A DNA stretch of 64,000 nucleotides from the NCBI GenBank assembly GCA_021802945.1, contig JAJZRE010000004.1, positions 818 to 64,817 on the forward strand, written 5' to 3'. Shown in pieces: positions 42,126 through 51,991 of the stretch. Both the position numbers and the translations under genes were made by a program. Every line of letters begins with the position of its first letter. Within the stretch, counting starts at the first letter, position 1. Below the pieces are notes generated by a model. The model ran no database searches. It saw only the letters and a list, made by a program, of their open reading frames with translations, and was not told the origin of the DNA. Source of the stretch: Pseudomonadota bacterium. Its GTDB lineage: Bacteria > Pseudomonadota > Gammaproteobacteria > Burkholderiales > Thiobacillaceae.

Positions 42126-42944
42126 ATGACGATACCCATCACGCCCTTCAACTCGCAACACTTGGAAGCGGCCTGCCGCGTACTGGCCGATACTGAGCGC
42201 GGTCTGACTGGCACGCAGATTGAACGGCTGCTGCAAGAAATCAAGATCGCCGATACCTCCCCCGGCATGACCAAGTGGAAGCGCCTGTTCAACGCACTGG
42301 CTGAAGCGCAGGACAAACACCAGCTCGGCAACCACCTGATCATGCTGATCAACCGCGCGATGGACCCGGTCAACTATGCGCGCGATCCAAACGCCTTCAA
42401 CTGGCGTCGCGATGAACTGAACGTGGTGCTCGCCTTTTCCGGCTTTTGCGTGCGCGAGGATGGCAAGGTCGCTCACGCCGACAAAGCCACGACACTGGAC
42501 GCCGCCCGCGCCCGCGCTGGTCGGCTGAAGGCGGTATTGGAAAGTCGCAACGTCCACGCCGAAGTGCTCAAGTACTGCCGCGCCGAACTGCTGGACGCAA
42601 ACTACTTCCACGCCGTATTCGAGTCCACAAAGGGCGTTGCCGAGCGCATCCGTTTGCTGTCAGGTCTCACCGCAGACGGTGCCGAGTTGGTAAACAAAGC
42701 ATTTTCGATTCAGAGCCCAGTCCTGGTCATTGGGCCACTCACCACCGAATCCGAGAGGAGCGAACAAAAGGGCTTTGCCAATCTGCTGGTCGGCCTCTTC
42801 GGCGCCATACGCAACCCGCTCGCTCACGCCCCCAAGACCAACTGGCCTATGTCCGAGCAGGATGCGCTCGACATCCTGACGCTGGTGTCGCTCATTCATC
42901 GAAAGCTGGACCGCGCGGAAAAGGCCGTCACGCCAGCCGCCTGA
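42126..42944 (+). CDS. TIGR02391-family protein (AbiJ-like N-terminus, HEPN-like C-terminus)
   Basis: GLTGTQI, TKWKRLFNAL, NYFHAVFE, SEQKGF, RNPLAH (Rx4H). Confidence 0.8.
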   Translation: MTIPITPFNSQHLEAACRVLADTERGLTGTQIERLLQEIKIADTSPGMTKWKRLFNALAEAQDKHQLGNHLIMLINRAMDPVNYARDPNAFNWRRDELNVVLAFSGFCVREDGKVAHADKATTLDAARARAGRLKAVLESRNVHAEVLKYCRAELLDANYFHAVFESTKGVAERIRLLSGLTADGAELVNKAFSIQSPVLVIGPLTTESERSEQKGFANLLVGLFGAIRNPLAHAPKTNWPMSEQDALDILTLVSLIHRKLDRAEKAVTPAA

Positions 42945-42960
42945 CCGGGCAGCGAGTTTT

Positions 42961-45597
42961 CTACGGGGCAGGAGCAGGCACTGCTGTTGCCGGCCCAGCC
43001 TTACGCTTCTTGGCCGTCTCCCCGCTACGCTTCTCGATCTCCGCACGCCAGGTTTCCAGGGCCGTGATGTCGGCAAGCAGTTCATCGGGTTCGGGAACGG
43101 CGACACCGCCCATAAGCGCCTTGTCGTGCGCGTAGTTCGAGCATTTCGTCATTCCGGCATTCACTTGGGCATAGTCCTCGTCCTCGACAACCACTCCGGC
43201 AAGGCGCTGCGTTTCGACGCCTTTGCGGAAGCGCAGGATGACCTCACGCAGCAACACTTCCTCGACGGCGCGCTCCCACGCCATGCGCAATCGGAAATAG
43301 GCATCAACGGTCTGCTTCCGATGCTCCTGCTCGTCGCCATCCTTGTGCAGCTTGGTGATGAACTGGTACTGAGCCTTCAGTGCACCGATCCGCTTACTGG
43401 CACTCTTGCCCTCGAACGGCAGTTCCGGATCAGCGACACCAAAGCCCTCGGTGCGCCGAATCAGGCTCTGCGTCGCAATCGGCACGCCCGCTGACTTGGC
43501 TTCCTCTGCCAATAGGCAAAGGAAATAGATGTCATGGGTGAACACAATAACCTGGCGCTGCGCTGCCTCGACAGTCAGGCGCTTCGCCACGCGCTCGCGC
43601 CGGCGATGGTCGAGCGAGGACACCGGATCATCAAACACGATGCCACCTTTGCCGCCACTCAAGCCGACTTCGGCGAGAAAAGAACCTATGGCGATGGCCC
43701 GCTGTTCGCCCTCGCTCAGGATATCGCCAGGACTGCGGCTCTGCGGCAGTTCCAGCTTCAGCTTGTGTAAGGCCTTGCCCTTGTCGGAACGACTCTGCAG
43801 CGATACGCAGAGTGTGCCGACACCTAGCGACTTGAATTCGCGGTTGAGCGCTTCAGCCAGTTCCTTCGAGACGACTTTCTCGGCCAACTCTGACGACTTC
43901 AAGGAAATGGCATTCGTCTTCACGGCCGACAGGCACTGCACGAGCTTGGCTTGGTGGCTGAGTCGGGACACGGCCGTGGCGACGGCATCCTTGACCTGAC
44001 TCAACCGTACCCGCGCATCGAGTTCGCCGAATTGCTTTTGCAGTGAGGCGCGCGCTTTCTCGTCCGAGGCCTTCTCTAAGGTCTCGGCTTCGGCATTCAG
44101 CTTGTCGGCCAGTGCCTGAAGTGGCGGCGCTGGACTGACTAAGGTCTGGTCGGTTCCGTCCCAAAGGTGTGAGACCACCGCCGCCTTGATGGCTTCCTGG
44201 CGAGCAGTCAGCGCCAACTCAAAGGCTCGGGTGTCCACGGCGAGCTGTGGGTCAAGGGCCTCGATCTCACCATAGGTCACATCGTCGAGATTCAGCGTCA
44301 AGACGTGCGCGGAAAACGGTTTGTACTCGGCGTATAGCGCGGTGCGGCGAGCTTGGGAGGTCTTCTCCGCTTCCTGCTGGATAAATGCCTCGAAGCGCAG
44401 CATGCGCGCAGCACCCTCGACGAGGGGCTGCTGGCACAAGGGACAAGGCGCATCCGCGCCCAGCTCGGGGAACGCCTTGTCCGGATGAGATTCGAGCGCG
44501 AACTTCCGCGCGGCATCGAACAGTTCACGCCACGCCTCACCGCCGGTGCCCGGCAGCAGGTTTTCGCCTTCCTTGAACTGCTTGGCAGCGAGCACGGCCG
44601 CAGTCTGTGCCGTGCGATAGCTGTCCGCCAGACCTCGCAGCTTGCTAATCACCGCTGGGTCCACCAGCGCGCCCTTATTGGTCGCATTCGCCGCAATGGC
44701 GGCGATGCGACGGGCGCGCAAGCGCAACTGGGTAGCCTTCTCCTTCGGATTGTTTTCTTTCAGGCCCTTGTCCAGTTCAGCATGTTTAGCCAGTTCTTCC
44801 GGCGTCAGCGTAGCCAGTGCTTCGATCTGGGCCTTTGTCGTCTTGGCGGACAGGGTCGCAATCAGCTTGCCGACAGGCGTGTCGCCCTGCAGCGGCGCGA
44901 ATGCCGTGAGGTCGGCGGCTGACTGCGTATGCTCGGTGTCGATAAGGGTCTTCAACTGCTTGCAGACCTTCGCCAGCCCCTCGAAAACATCGAGCCCATA
45001 AGGCACGTAAGAAAAGTCGTCCTCACTGTCGAGGTAGGCACGAGCACAGCGCGAGTCGAAGATCGCAAACGACGACAGCTCGGGAGGAGCCGCCTTGCCG
45101 TTGATCCAATGCACATCCTGCGTAACACCATTGACGACAATCTCGAAAGCGGCTTCGGCAGCAGCGACCTTGCTCGCTGGCAAGTTGGCGTTTGGGTGGA
45201 TCGCCTCCATTCGGTCGCGGGCGCGGCATGCGCGCTTGAGCACACGCGAATAGCCCGATTTGCCCGAGCCGTTGTCACCGTAAATAACAGTCAGCCCGGC
45301 AGTACCGAATGCCAGGTGTTGGTTCTCGGCAATCGCATTGACGTGCCGCATGTTCTTGATGGCACGCAGTTCAACATGCGTCGAGACCTTCACCGGCGCG
45401 GGAATCTGGTCGGCTGTAAGCGGCTTCGGCTTGCGCTCCTCTGGATCGGGAATGCCATGCGCTAGTTTGAGTAGCGCGTACAAGTCACTCAGATCGTCAG
45501 CGGTGAGGGCCGGCTTCGCCAACAGACGTGCTACAGCATCGCTTTGCCATGTGGGCAGCCCCTTGGTCCAGCCCAGTATTTCCTGCAGTATCGACAT
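42961..45597 (-). CDS. Rad50/SMC-like ABC ATPase with zinc hook (RloC/AAA_13-like)
   Basis: GDNGSGKS, CPLCQQ, LSEGEQR, VFDDPVSSLD, FTHD; C-terminal WERAVEE...AHD. Confidence 0.8.
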   Translation of the reverse strand: MSILQEILGWTKGLPTWQSDAVARLLAKPALTADDLSDLYALLKLAHGIPDPEERKPKPLTADQIPAPVKVSTHVELRAIKNMRHVNAIAENQHLAFGTAGLTVIYGDNGSGKSGYSRVLKRACRARDRMEAIHPNANLPASKVAAAEAAFEIVVNGVTQDVHWINGKAAPPELSSFAIFDSRCARAYLDSEDDFSYVPYGLDVFEGLAKVCKQLKTLIDTEHTQSAADLTAFAPLQGDTPVGKLIATLSAKTTKAQIEALATLTPEELAKHAELDKGLKENNPKEKATQLRLRARRIAAIAANATNKGALVDPAVISKLRGLADSYRTAQTAAVLAAKQFKEGENLLPGTGGEAWRELFDAARKFALESHPDKAFPELGADAPCPLCQQPLVEGAARMLRFEAFIQQEAEKTSQARRTALYAEYKPFSAHVLTLNLDDVTYGEIEALDPQLAVDTRAFELALTARQEAIKAAVVSHLWDGTDQTLVSPAPPLQALADKLNAEAETLEKASDEKARASLQKQFGELDARVRLSQVKDAVATAVSRLSHQAKLVQCLSAVKTNAISLKSSELAEKVVSKELAEALNREFKSLGVGTLCVSLQSRSDKGKALHKLKLELPQSRSPGDILSEGEQRAIAIGSFLAEVGLSGGKGGIVFDDPVSSLDHRRRERVAKRLTVEAAQRQVIVFTHDIYFLCLLAEEAKSAGVPIATQSLIRRTEGFGVADPELPFEGKSASKRIGALKAQYQFITKLHKDGDEQEHRKQTVDAYFRLRMAWERAVEEVLLREVILRFRKGVETQRLAGVVVEDEDYAQVNAGMTKCSNYAHDKALMGGVAVPEPDELLADITALETWRAEIEKRSGETAKKRKAGPATAVPAPAP

Positions 45598-45729
45598 GGT
45601 GTCCCTTCCCCGTTTCTTTTCACTTTTCTCTGTTTATCCACAGGCGTCGACACTCCACGCATGCCCTCGCTCTATTGCACCTCCACCACTGCCCGGAGCC
45701 GAGCCACGTACCCACCGCCAGTTTCGGGG

Positions 45730-46499
45730 CTACTTCGCGAGGAATTCAGCGTAGGTTGAGAACGCACGGTACCCTTTGGCAGCATTCTGCTTGGCCAGGA
45801 TCGTTTTGCTGATGCGCTGCTGCAGATACTCGCATACGGTGTCGAACTTTTCAGCCGGTAGCAGCTTCCACGGAGCGCCGAACCGGTTTTCTACGTTCGC
45901 CGAAATAACGCCGTAGTTAAACTTCGTCGCACGTGTCTTGTCCGCACTGGCGAATTCGTTATACCGCTTGATCAGGTGCTGCACGTATCGACTCAGCTGC
46001 TGGTCGGCACCAATGGTTCCTGGCGGCGCATTAACAGAGACGGCACGGCGGGTAGTCTTGACGTTGACCGTATGCGCCTGGATCGCCCCGGGGCTGTTGA
46101 TCGCAACGTTGCCGGTGTTGTTGGTCACTGTGACTTGCAAGTCATTCAGCAGGATTTTGGCAAAAAAGCTGTCTGCTGCCTGTTCGGCACGCCCTGCCAC
46201 ATCCTCATGGATTGCCTTCATCTCCCGTAGGGCTTCAGCGGTGTAGACGTCGGGTTGTGAATCGATAACTTTATGATGCTGTCGGCACAGCAAAATCAGG
46301 TTGTCGAAGCCATGCCGGTCTACATCGGTCTGAGAGGCCTCATATCGGGGACCGCCTTCGCGTCTGGCATGTATAGACATATCTCCCCTGTGACGGTGCC
46401 GACGCTCTCCACGATGGCCAGAGAACATCCGGGGTACGCGCAGATGTTGCCGGACAATGCAAAGAGTCGCTTGATCGTTTTTTCGGTTGGTTCTGCCAT
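45730..46499 (-). pseudogene. HNH endonuclease with a -1 frameshift near 46375
   Basis: Frame 1 MAEPTEKTIKRLFALSGNICAYPGC...TGEIC; frame 2 IHARREGGPRY...NLILLCRQHHKVID; one added A restores EICHIHA. Confidence 0.8.
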
Positions 46500-46531
46500 T
46501 CAATCTCCACAACGCCCGAGCTGATTCCGCA

Positions 46532-47107
46532 CTACAAAATGACCTGATAGATGGTTAGCGACTTGGCAGTTTGGACGAGTCCCTGCCTGAGCAACACATC
46601 GATGTAGTGGTCCGCGTCCATCGGCGGATTCTTGAGTTGGGCGCGCTGGCGTTGGGCGGCTGCGACGACCGCGGCCGGATCGAGATCGAATAAGTTCTCG
46701 ATGAACAGGTCTGGATGCTGTGCTTCGATACCGAAAGGCGACAGCGCCGATTGCGGGAAGTCCCTTTCGTTGAAGGTGACGATCACGCTGGCATTGCAGC
46801 GAATCGCAGCGGCCAGCACGTGGCGATCATCCGGGTCAGGTAAGGCCAAGCCTGCGATGAGCACTTCGTGATCGGTCACCAAACCATCCGGAATGGCCTT
46901 ATCCATCAGTGCCGACGTACGATCCAGTTGCTCGCGCGTCAGGTCAGCACGGTTCAGTAGCAAGTTGCGTTTCCACTCGTCGTGAATCTGCGCACTCCAC
47001 CGCGCACGGAACCGTCCGGATAGCCCGAGCCACATCAGGAAATCCCGCAGCGGCGCGGGATACAGAACGCAAGCATCGTAGACAGCCGTGAACGGCGAAT
47101 GCCTCAT
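46532..47107 (-). CDS. PIN-domain protein
   Basis: AVYDACVLY, IHDEW, LPDPDDRHVLAAA, IVTFNERDF. Confidence 0.9.
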   Translation of the reverse strand: MRHSPFTAVYDACVLYPAPLRDFLMWLGLSGRFRARWSAQIHDEWKRNLLLNRADLTREQLDRTSALMDKAIPDGLVTDHEVLIAGLALPDPDDRHVLAAAIRCNASVIVTFNERDFPQSALSPFGIEAQHPDLFIENLFDLDPAAVVAAAQRQRAQLKNPPMDADHYIDVLLRQGLVQTAKSLTIYQVIL

Positions 47108-47571
47108 TCGTAGCCCATCCCCAGTTCCTGGGCCTGCTTCGCCAGTTCTTCCATTGCTTGTTCGCTGGCGTGGTCACGATGACCCTTGAACAGCATCAGG
47201 TCAGCGAAGCGCACGCGTCGGTGCTTGCCGGTCTTGTGGAAAGGCAGCACGCCATCTTCCAGCAGCTTGACCAAATGCGGACGGGAGACGTTGAGCAGAT
47301 CGGCCGCTTCTTGGGTAGTCAGCTCCGCGTGGACGGGTACGACCTTGACGGCGTTGCCATCTGCCAGCTCGGCTAGGATGTCCACGAGCAGACGCAAGGC
47401 CGAGGTCGGCAGCTCAACCTGATGAGCCTGGTTCTTGTCGTCGAAGATCTGGATGCGCTGAATCTCGAACTGGGTGGCGAGGTAGGCCGCCAAGGCACGT
47501 TGACCTTGCACGGCCGCCTGCACTTCCCGTTCGACGGGCAGTGTCATCTTGGACAGGACGGTGGTGGTCAT
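47104..47571 (-). CDS. Excisionase-like HTH protein, likely antitoxin of the PIN gene
   Basis: ELTTQEAADLLNVSRPHLVKLLEDG, GKHRRV; ATGA overlap with the PIN gene. Confidence 0.88.
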   Translation of the reverse strand: MTTTVLSKMTLPVEREVQAAVQGQRALAAYLATQFEIQRIQIFDDKNQAHQVELPTSALRLLVDILAELADGNAVKVVPVHAELTTQEAADLLNVSRPHLVKLLEDGVLPFHKTGKHRRVRFADLMLFKGHRDHASEQAMEELAKQAQELGMGYE

Positions 47572-47833
47572 GGTGAACTCCGGTGGTGTCGGAAAATAAT
47601 TAATGCTACTATAATCGAAACAAACGAAAATCGCAATAAACGAAAAACTGCCCTCAGCCTCCAACTTCTACGCACGCACCAAGGACTATCTTTCATGACC
47701 CCACTTGCGACCGGCTGCCAGAACCCAAGCGATGCCACTTTGACGCTCGATGACGCAGCGGCCTACGATAATCGGCAGAAGTTTTGGTGGACGATCCAGA
47801 AGGACGCCGGTGGAGCCAGGGTGAGAAACGAGC

Positions 47834-49129
47834 ATGGATGAAGCGGTCGCCGTCTTTTCCCGAAAAGGTCTCTTTCAGATGCGGATCACTGCTCGCGAGG
47901 TTCGCAGCCGCGAGCACGCGCGCAAGTTGTGGCCCTTGGTCGCGCCGGGCGTCACCCAGCAGTTGGTGACTTGGGTGAGTCCTTCGTTCGAGAAGGGCAA
48001 GCTGCGCCGGCGCTCGCACTTCCGGCAACTTCCGGCCGGGAGGACCTATGACTTCAAGGCACAATTCGAAGAGGAAGAGACCAACCGACAGCGCGCCGTG
48101 CGCGAAAGCCCGGAACACCAGCGTGCCAAGGGGTTGATCGCCGCCGAACTGTCGCGTCGCCTCGCGGCTGGTCTAGCGATGCCATGGGCGTTCAAGGATG
48201 CCGATGCATCGGACTACCCTCTGGAGGGCAACTTACTGTTGGGTGCTGACCATGTCGCGACCGAGCATCCACTGGAGACCCCCTTCGGCAGTCGGTTTCG
48301 TCTCGACATTGCGGTGCTTGGCCCGCCCATCCAGACCGAGCCCATGGTGCTCGCTGGAGTCGAGATCGAACTGGGACACGCCTTCGACGGGCGAAAAGCG
48401 CTGATCGGCAAGTCGCTGGGCTTCGCGCTCATTTCCATCGACATCACCGAAATGACGATGGGCGAGATCACGCCGCAGTGGGCCGAACGAGCCTTGACCG
48501 CCACAACACGCAGCCATGAGCAAGGCCGCAGGCAGACCTATGTCTACCTGCATGATCTGCTGTATCCACTTTATGCTCAGTTGCCGACATTTCTGGACAG
48601 AGAACAGCGGCACCAGTACTTGGTGTTCTCGGACGACACCACCTTGCACCGGCTCGTGGGTTGGATGAACTTGCTGGCAAAGACTCTTGGCTATCCGACC
48701 GGTGCGGTAGCTGTCGCTATCGTCAATGGCAAGAGCGAACAGTCGCGCAAGATGCTGGAGCATGCGGGTCAGGTTGTCGGCCCCGATTGGGAACAGTTCA
48801 ACAACCATCAGTGCCTGCGTCTGACCGTCCCGCGCCCTAAGGGTCCCGCAGACCTGCAGGCCCATTGCTTTCACATGACGATGGCACGGCTACTGTTGTC
48901 GCACGCCGATGCGCTTGTGGGTTACAAATACCGCAATGGTGTGGACAACGACCATCCCGAGGAGGATGTCTGGATCGCGCATCGCTGGATAGCCGACCAG
49001 AAAATTCATACGCAGCACCGCGTATTGCCAAAACGTTTGGCTGAGCCGATCAATCGATTGATGAAGGTGGTTTCTGACCTGCAGCGCGGCCATGACAGCG
49101 GCGGTGCTTCTATTGCGAAGATTGGTTAA
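47834..49129 (+). CDS. Hypothetical protein with a CoiA-like PD-(D/E)XK region
   Basis: ESPEHQRAK...TEHPL...FRLDIAV...GVEIELGH. Confidence 0.55.
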   Translation: MDEAVAVFSRKGLFQMRITAREVRSREHARKLWPLVAPGVTQQLVTWVSPSFEKGKLRRRSHFRQLPAGRTYDFKAQFEEEETNRQRAVRESPEHQRAKGLIAAELSRRLAAGLAMPWAFKDADASDYPLEGNLLLGADHVATEHPLETPFGSRFRLDIAVLGPPIQTEPMVLAGVEIELGHAFDGRKALIGKSLGFALISIDITEMTMGEITPQWAERALTATTRSHEQGRRQTYVYLHDLLYPLYAQLPTFLDREQRHQYLVFSDDTTLHRLVGWMNLLAKTLGYPTGAVAVAIVNGKSEQSRKMLEHAGQVVGPDWEQFNNHQCLRLTVPRPKGPADLQAHCFHMTMARLLLSHADALVGYKYRNGVDNDHPEEDVWIAHRWIADQKIHTQHRVLPKRLAEPINRLMKVVSDLQRGHDSGGASIAKIG

Positions 49130-49132
49130 CCG

Positions 49133-50476
49133 ATGCCTGCCTCTGAAGACCGAACATGGCTTGATGCGCTACGGCAGCACGTGCAGACAAAGCCTTGCGT
49201 GATCCTTCGCCTGGACGAAAGCGACAGCGGCCTGCTTCATGCTTCTCGGCGTGGATTGAACGAATTCACGCTGGCGCGCGCGCATGAACTGTGCGCCGAT
49301 ATCAAGCCGCCCACGATCTGCCTGATTTTCGGCAAACTCTCCGAATGGGCGGACCCTGACAAGATTGAACACTTCGCCTACATCGGCTTGGTCAGTTCAC
49401 GCAGCCCGGTCACGACGCTGGAAACTCGCATCAAGATCAAGCGCGCAGTCAGCATGGCACCCGACACCGAACAGGCCATGTTCGCGCTGCTCAATGGCAC
49501 CACCCATGCGACGCAGCTGCAAAAGAAATTGCGGTCTTCAGCAGACGTACTCGTGCTATCGCCAAAACTGAGCGGTGCATTGATTGATGCGCTCGTGGCA
49601 ATCCCGGCGAACCAGGGGCCGATTCGAGCAGTGGCCGAATCCCTGACCGCGCCCAAGCGTTACGCCAACTTCTCTGCCGTGCAGGAGGACGCTGTGCAAA
49701 CCGCCCTCAAGGCGTTCGGCTTGGCTGCCAGCGATCGCGCCAGCCGTGTTGAGCTGGTCGGATCGCAATCCACGGCGCTGGCGCGCGTACCGCTGATGGA
49801 GGACTCGGTGATCGAACATGACGCACGTGCCGTCCCTGGCTACACGCTCTCGGCGAGCCATATCACCGGACGCGCCTTGTTTGAGAAGGGTACCGACAAA
49901 CTGGAAGTATTCACTGCCAACCGGCGCGACCTGGAGCATGTCTTCGGCGTGGATCTCATCTACCTCAACCTCACGAAGAAAAACATCGTGATGGTGCAGT
50001 ACAAGATGCTGGAGCCCAACGGTCACTTGGGCGAACCCACCGACTGGCTTTACCGTCCCGATCCGAAAATGGCGGACGAGGTGAGGCGCATGCGCGCCTT
50101 CGCCAGCACACATGCGGCGGGACCACTCGAATATCGATTGAATCCCGAAATGTTTTACTTGAAGTTCGTGCGACGCAATGGCAGCTTGGCCAACGGCAGC
50201 ATCATCACGCCAATTGATCACTATGAACGCCTGCTGCAGGACCCGTCCTGCAAGGGACCGCGTGGGGCGTTTCGTATCAGCTACAACACGCTCGGCGGCC
50301 GCTACATCCGGCAGGGTGCGTTTCTTGACCTTATTCAATCGGGCTACATAGGCGCGTACGCCGACACCACCTCAGCACTCAACACCCTGGTCGAGGCTAT
50401 CCTGAACGGTAATCGCGCGGTGGTCGCAGCCGTTCAATCGTCACGGCATGAGCCTGACGAAGCCATTGCCGAATAG
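49133..50476 (+). CDS. Hypothetical protein with a C-terminal PD-(D/E)XK-like motif
   Basis: LEHVFGVDLIY...VMVQYKM; starts 3 nt after the previous stop. Confidence 0.55.
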   Translation: MPASEDRTWLDALRQHVQTKPCVILRLDESDSGLLHASRRGLNEFTLARAHELCADIKPPTICLIFGKLSEWADPDKIEHFAYIGLVSSRSPVTTLETRIKIKRAVSMAPDTEQAMFALLNGTTHATQLQKKLRSSADVLVLSPKLSGALIDALVAIPANQGPIRAVAESLTAPKRYANFSAVQEDAVQTALKAFGLAASDRASRVELVGSQSTALARVPLMEDSVIEHDARAVPGYTLSASHITGRALFEKGTDKLEVFTANRRDLEHVFGVDLIYLNLTKKNIVMVQYKMLEPNGHLGEPTDWLYRPDPKMADEVRRMRAFASTHAAGPLEYRLNPEMFYLKFVRRNGSLANGSIITPIDHYERLLQDPSCKGPRGAFRISYNTLGGRYIRQGAFLDLIQSGYIGAYADTTSALNTLVEAILNGNRAVVAAVQSSRHEPDEAIAE

Positions 50477-50511
50477 AGCAATTGCTGACAAATCAGGCAG
50501 CAGCACGAAAA

Positions 50512-50760
50512 TCAGCGCGCCTTGTTCGCCTGACTCAGGACCGACGCTGCCAACTCCTTCGTTTCGTCCGCATAGCGCTCGCTGGCAAGCACTTTTGCAG
50601 CCAGGTCTTCCATCTCCGCCCCGGTCTGCTTGCTGCCGCTGCGCTGCGCGAGCGCAGACGCCGCGAGGCTCTTGGCGATCTGGGAGGCGCGCTCATTTTG
50701 CAAGGTTTCCGCCGCCAGCGTGGCGATGCGAGCGGACGTTTGCTTCGTGTTTTTCGGCAT
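50512..50760 (-). CDS. Small protein made of two internal repeats
   Basis: KQTSARIATLAAETL...AKSLAASALAQ / KQTGAEMEDLAAKVL...TKELAASVLSQ; AGGAG RBS. Confidence 0.75.
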   Translation of the reverse strand: MPKNTKQTSARIATLAAETLQNERASQIAKSLAASALAQRSGSKQTGAEMEDLAAKVLASERYADETKELAASVLSQANKAR

Positions 50761-50779
50761 GTCGATCTCCTATGGTGAA

Positions 50780-51991
50780 TCAAGCTTTGGGAGGGACCCG
50801 GAACGGCAGCACCGTATTGCTATCCATCGTCGGTCGATCCCCGGTACTTACTGGAGTAGTGCGCATGCGTGCAAGCTGCACGACCTTGCTCTTGCCCTGG
50901 AAATAGCCTTCAGGCAGTCCGGCTAGCATTTCGATGTCATGTCCTGCCAGACCGATGTGCCGAGGAATCGCATCCAGCGGCATCACGTTCTCGTCGACCA
51001 GTAGATCGACGGTGCGGCGTAGCAACCGGGGCCGCTCGGGTGACCGGTCGCCATCACCAGGTTCTGACTTGGCACCCCACCGCGCAGAGCGCCGCTTGAA
51101 GAGCGCCTGCGCGCCCTCCTCGTCCAGAATCTTCAATGCACGAAGCCTCATCACGATCGCGCCCACTGAGACTCCCCAGCGCCGCTTCAACAACAACAAA
51201 TCATCCAGCGTCACCGGCATCCGCACTTCGGTGGCAAGCGTCTCGGCGGGCAACAGGAATGCACCGGCGAAACGGTGCGCTTGCTGTTCCAACTGCTTGT
51301 GGCGATCACGCTCAGTGGGGCGCGGAATGTACCGATGAAGGATCAAATGCCCTAGCTCATGGGCCAGGTCGAATCGACTTCGGTACCCGTTATCCTTGTC
51401 GGCCGACAGAAGGACGAGAGGCCGCCCAAGCACTTCGCTCCATGCCGACAGGCCTTCTATTTGCGCAATGCCTGTTTCCTCGCGGATCAAAATGACGCCA
51501 GCACCTTCGACCGCGAGGGCAAGGTCCTGTACTGCCGCACGGCCGATGCGCCACATATCGCGGCACTCGCTGGCCGCCAGCTCGATCTCTTCGGGTGTGA
51601 TCTCCTCCGGATCGGAAAACGTGCGACCGGGCAGGTTCAGCGCCGGGTAGTCCACGAACTCCGACAAAGCGACAGCAATGTCCTGACCCCACTCAAGCCT
51701 AGCTTCGAGCATCGCACGAGCGGCGACGTGCGCCGACGCATTGCTGCGAAACAGCGGTAGCGACACTTTCGTCGTGGGCAATCGGGTGAACCATTCCGGC
51801 GTCACGTTGACGACGCCTGCAAGCCGATCCAAGGCCTCGCGCTCGGGCGCTTGGCTGCCTGAACGCCACTTGCTCACCGTCGCCGGCGAAACGCCAACAA
51901 GCGATGCGAGCTGCACCTGGCTCAGTCGGCGCGCTGCCAGTATCTGACTAAGGCGCTCCTTCTGAAAACCTTGAATACCACCACGGCTCAT
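50780..51991 (-). CDS. XRE HTH fused to ImmA/IrrE (M78) metallopeptidase
   Basis: LSQVQLASLVGVSPATVSKW, RFDLAHELGHL, EQQAHRFAGAFLLP. Confidence 0.92.
   Translation of the reverse strand: MSRGGIQGFQKERLSQILAARRLSQVQLASLVGVSPATVSKWRSGSQAPEREALDRLAGVVNVTPEWFTRLPTTKVSLPLFRSNASAHVAARAMLEARLEWGQDIAVALSEFVDYPALNLPGRTFSDPEEITPEEIELAASECRDMWRIGRAAVQDLALAVEGAGVILIREETGIAQIEGLSAWSEVLGRPLVLLSADKDNGYRSRFDLAHELGHLILHRYIPRPTERDRHKQLEQQAHRFAGAFLLPAETLATEVRMPVTLDDLLLLKRRWGVSVGAIVMRLRALKILDEEGAQALFKRRSARWGAKSEPGDGDRSPERPRLLRRTVDLLVDENVMPLDAIPRHIGLAGHDIEMLAGLPEGYFQGKSKVVQLARMRTTPVSTGDRPTMDSNTVLPFRVPPKA

Noticed and set aside
47104-47571. Excisionase-like gene as evidence of a prophage or recombination module
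   Set aside because: It is coupled to a PIN gene with no integrase or phage genes nearby; a TA-type pair is the simpler reading
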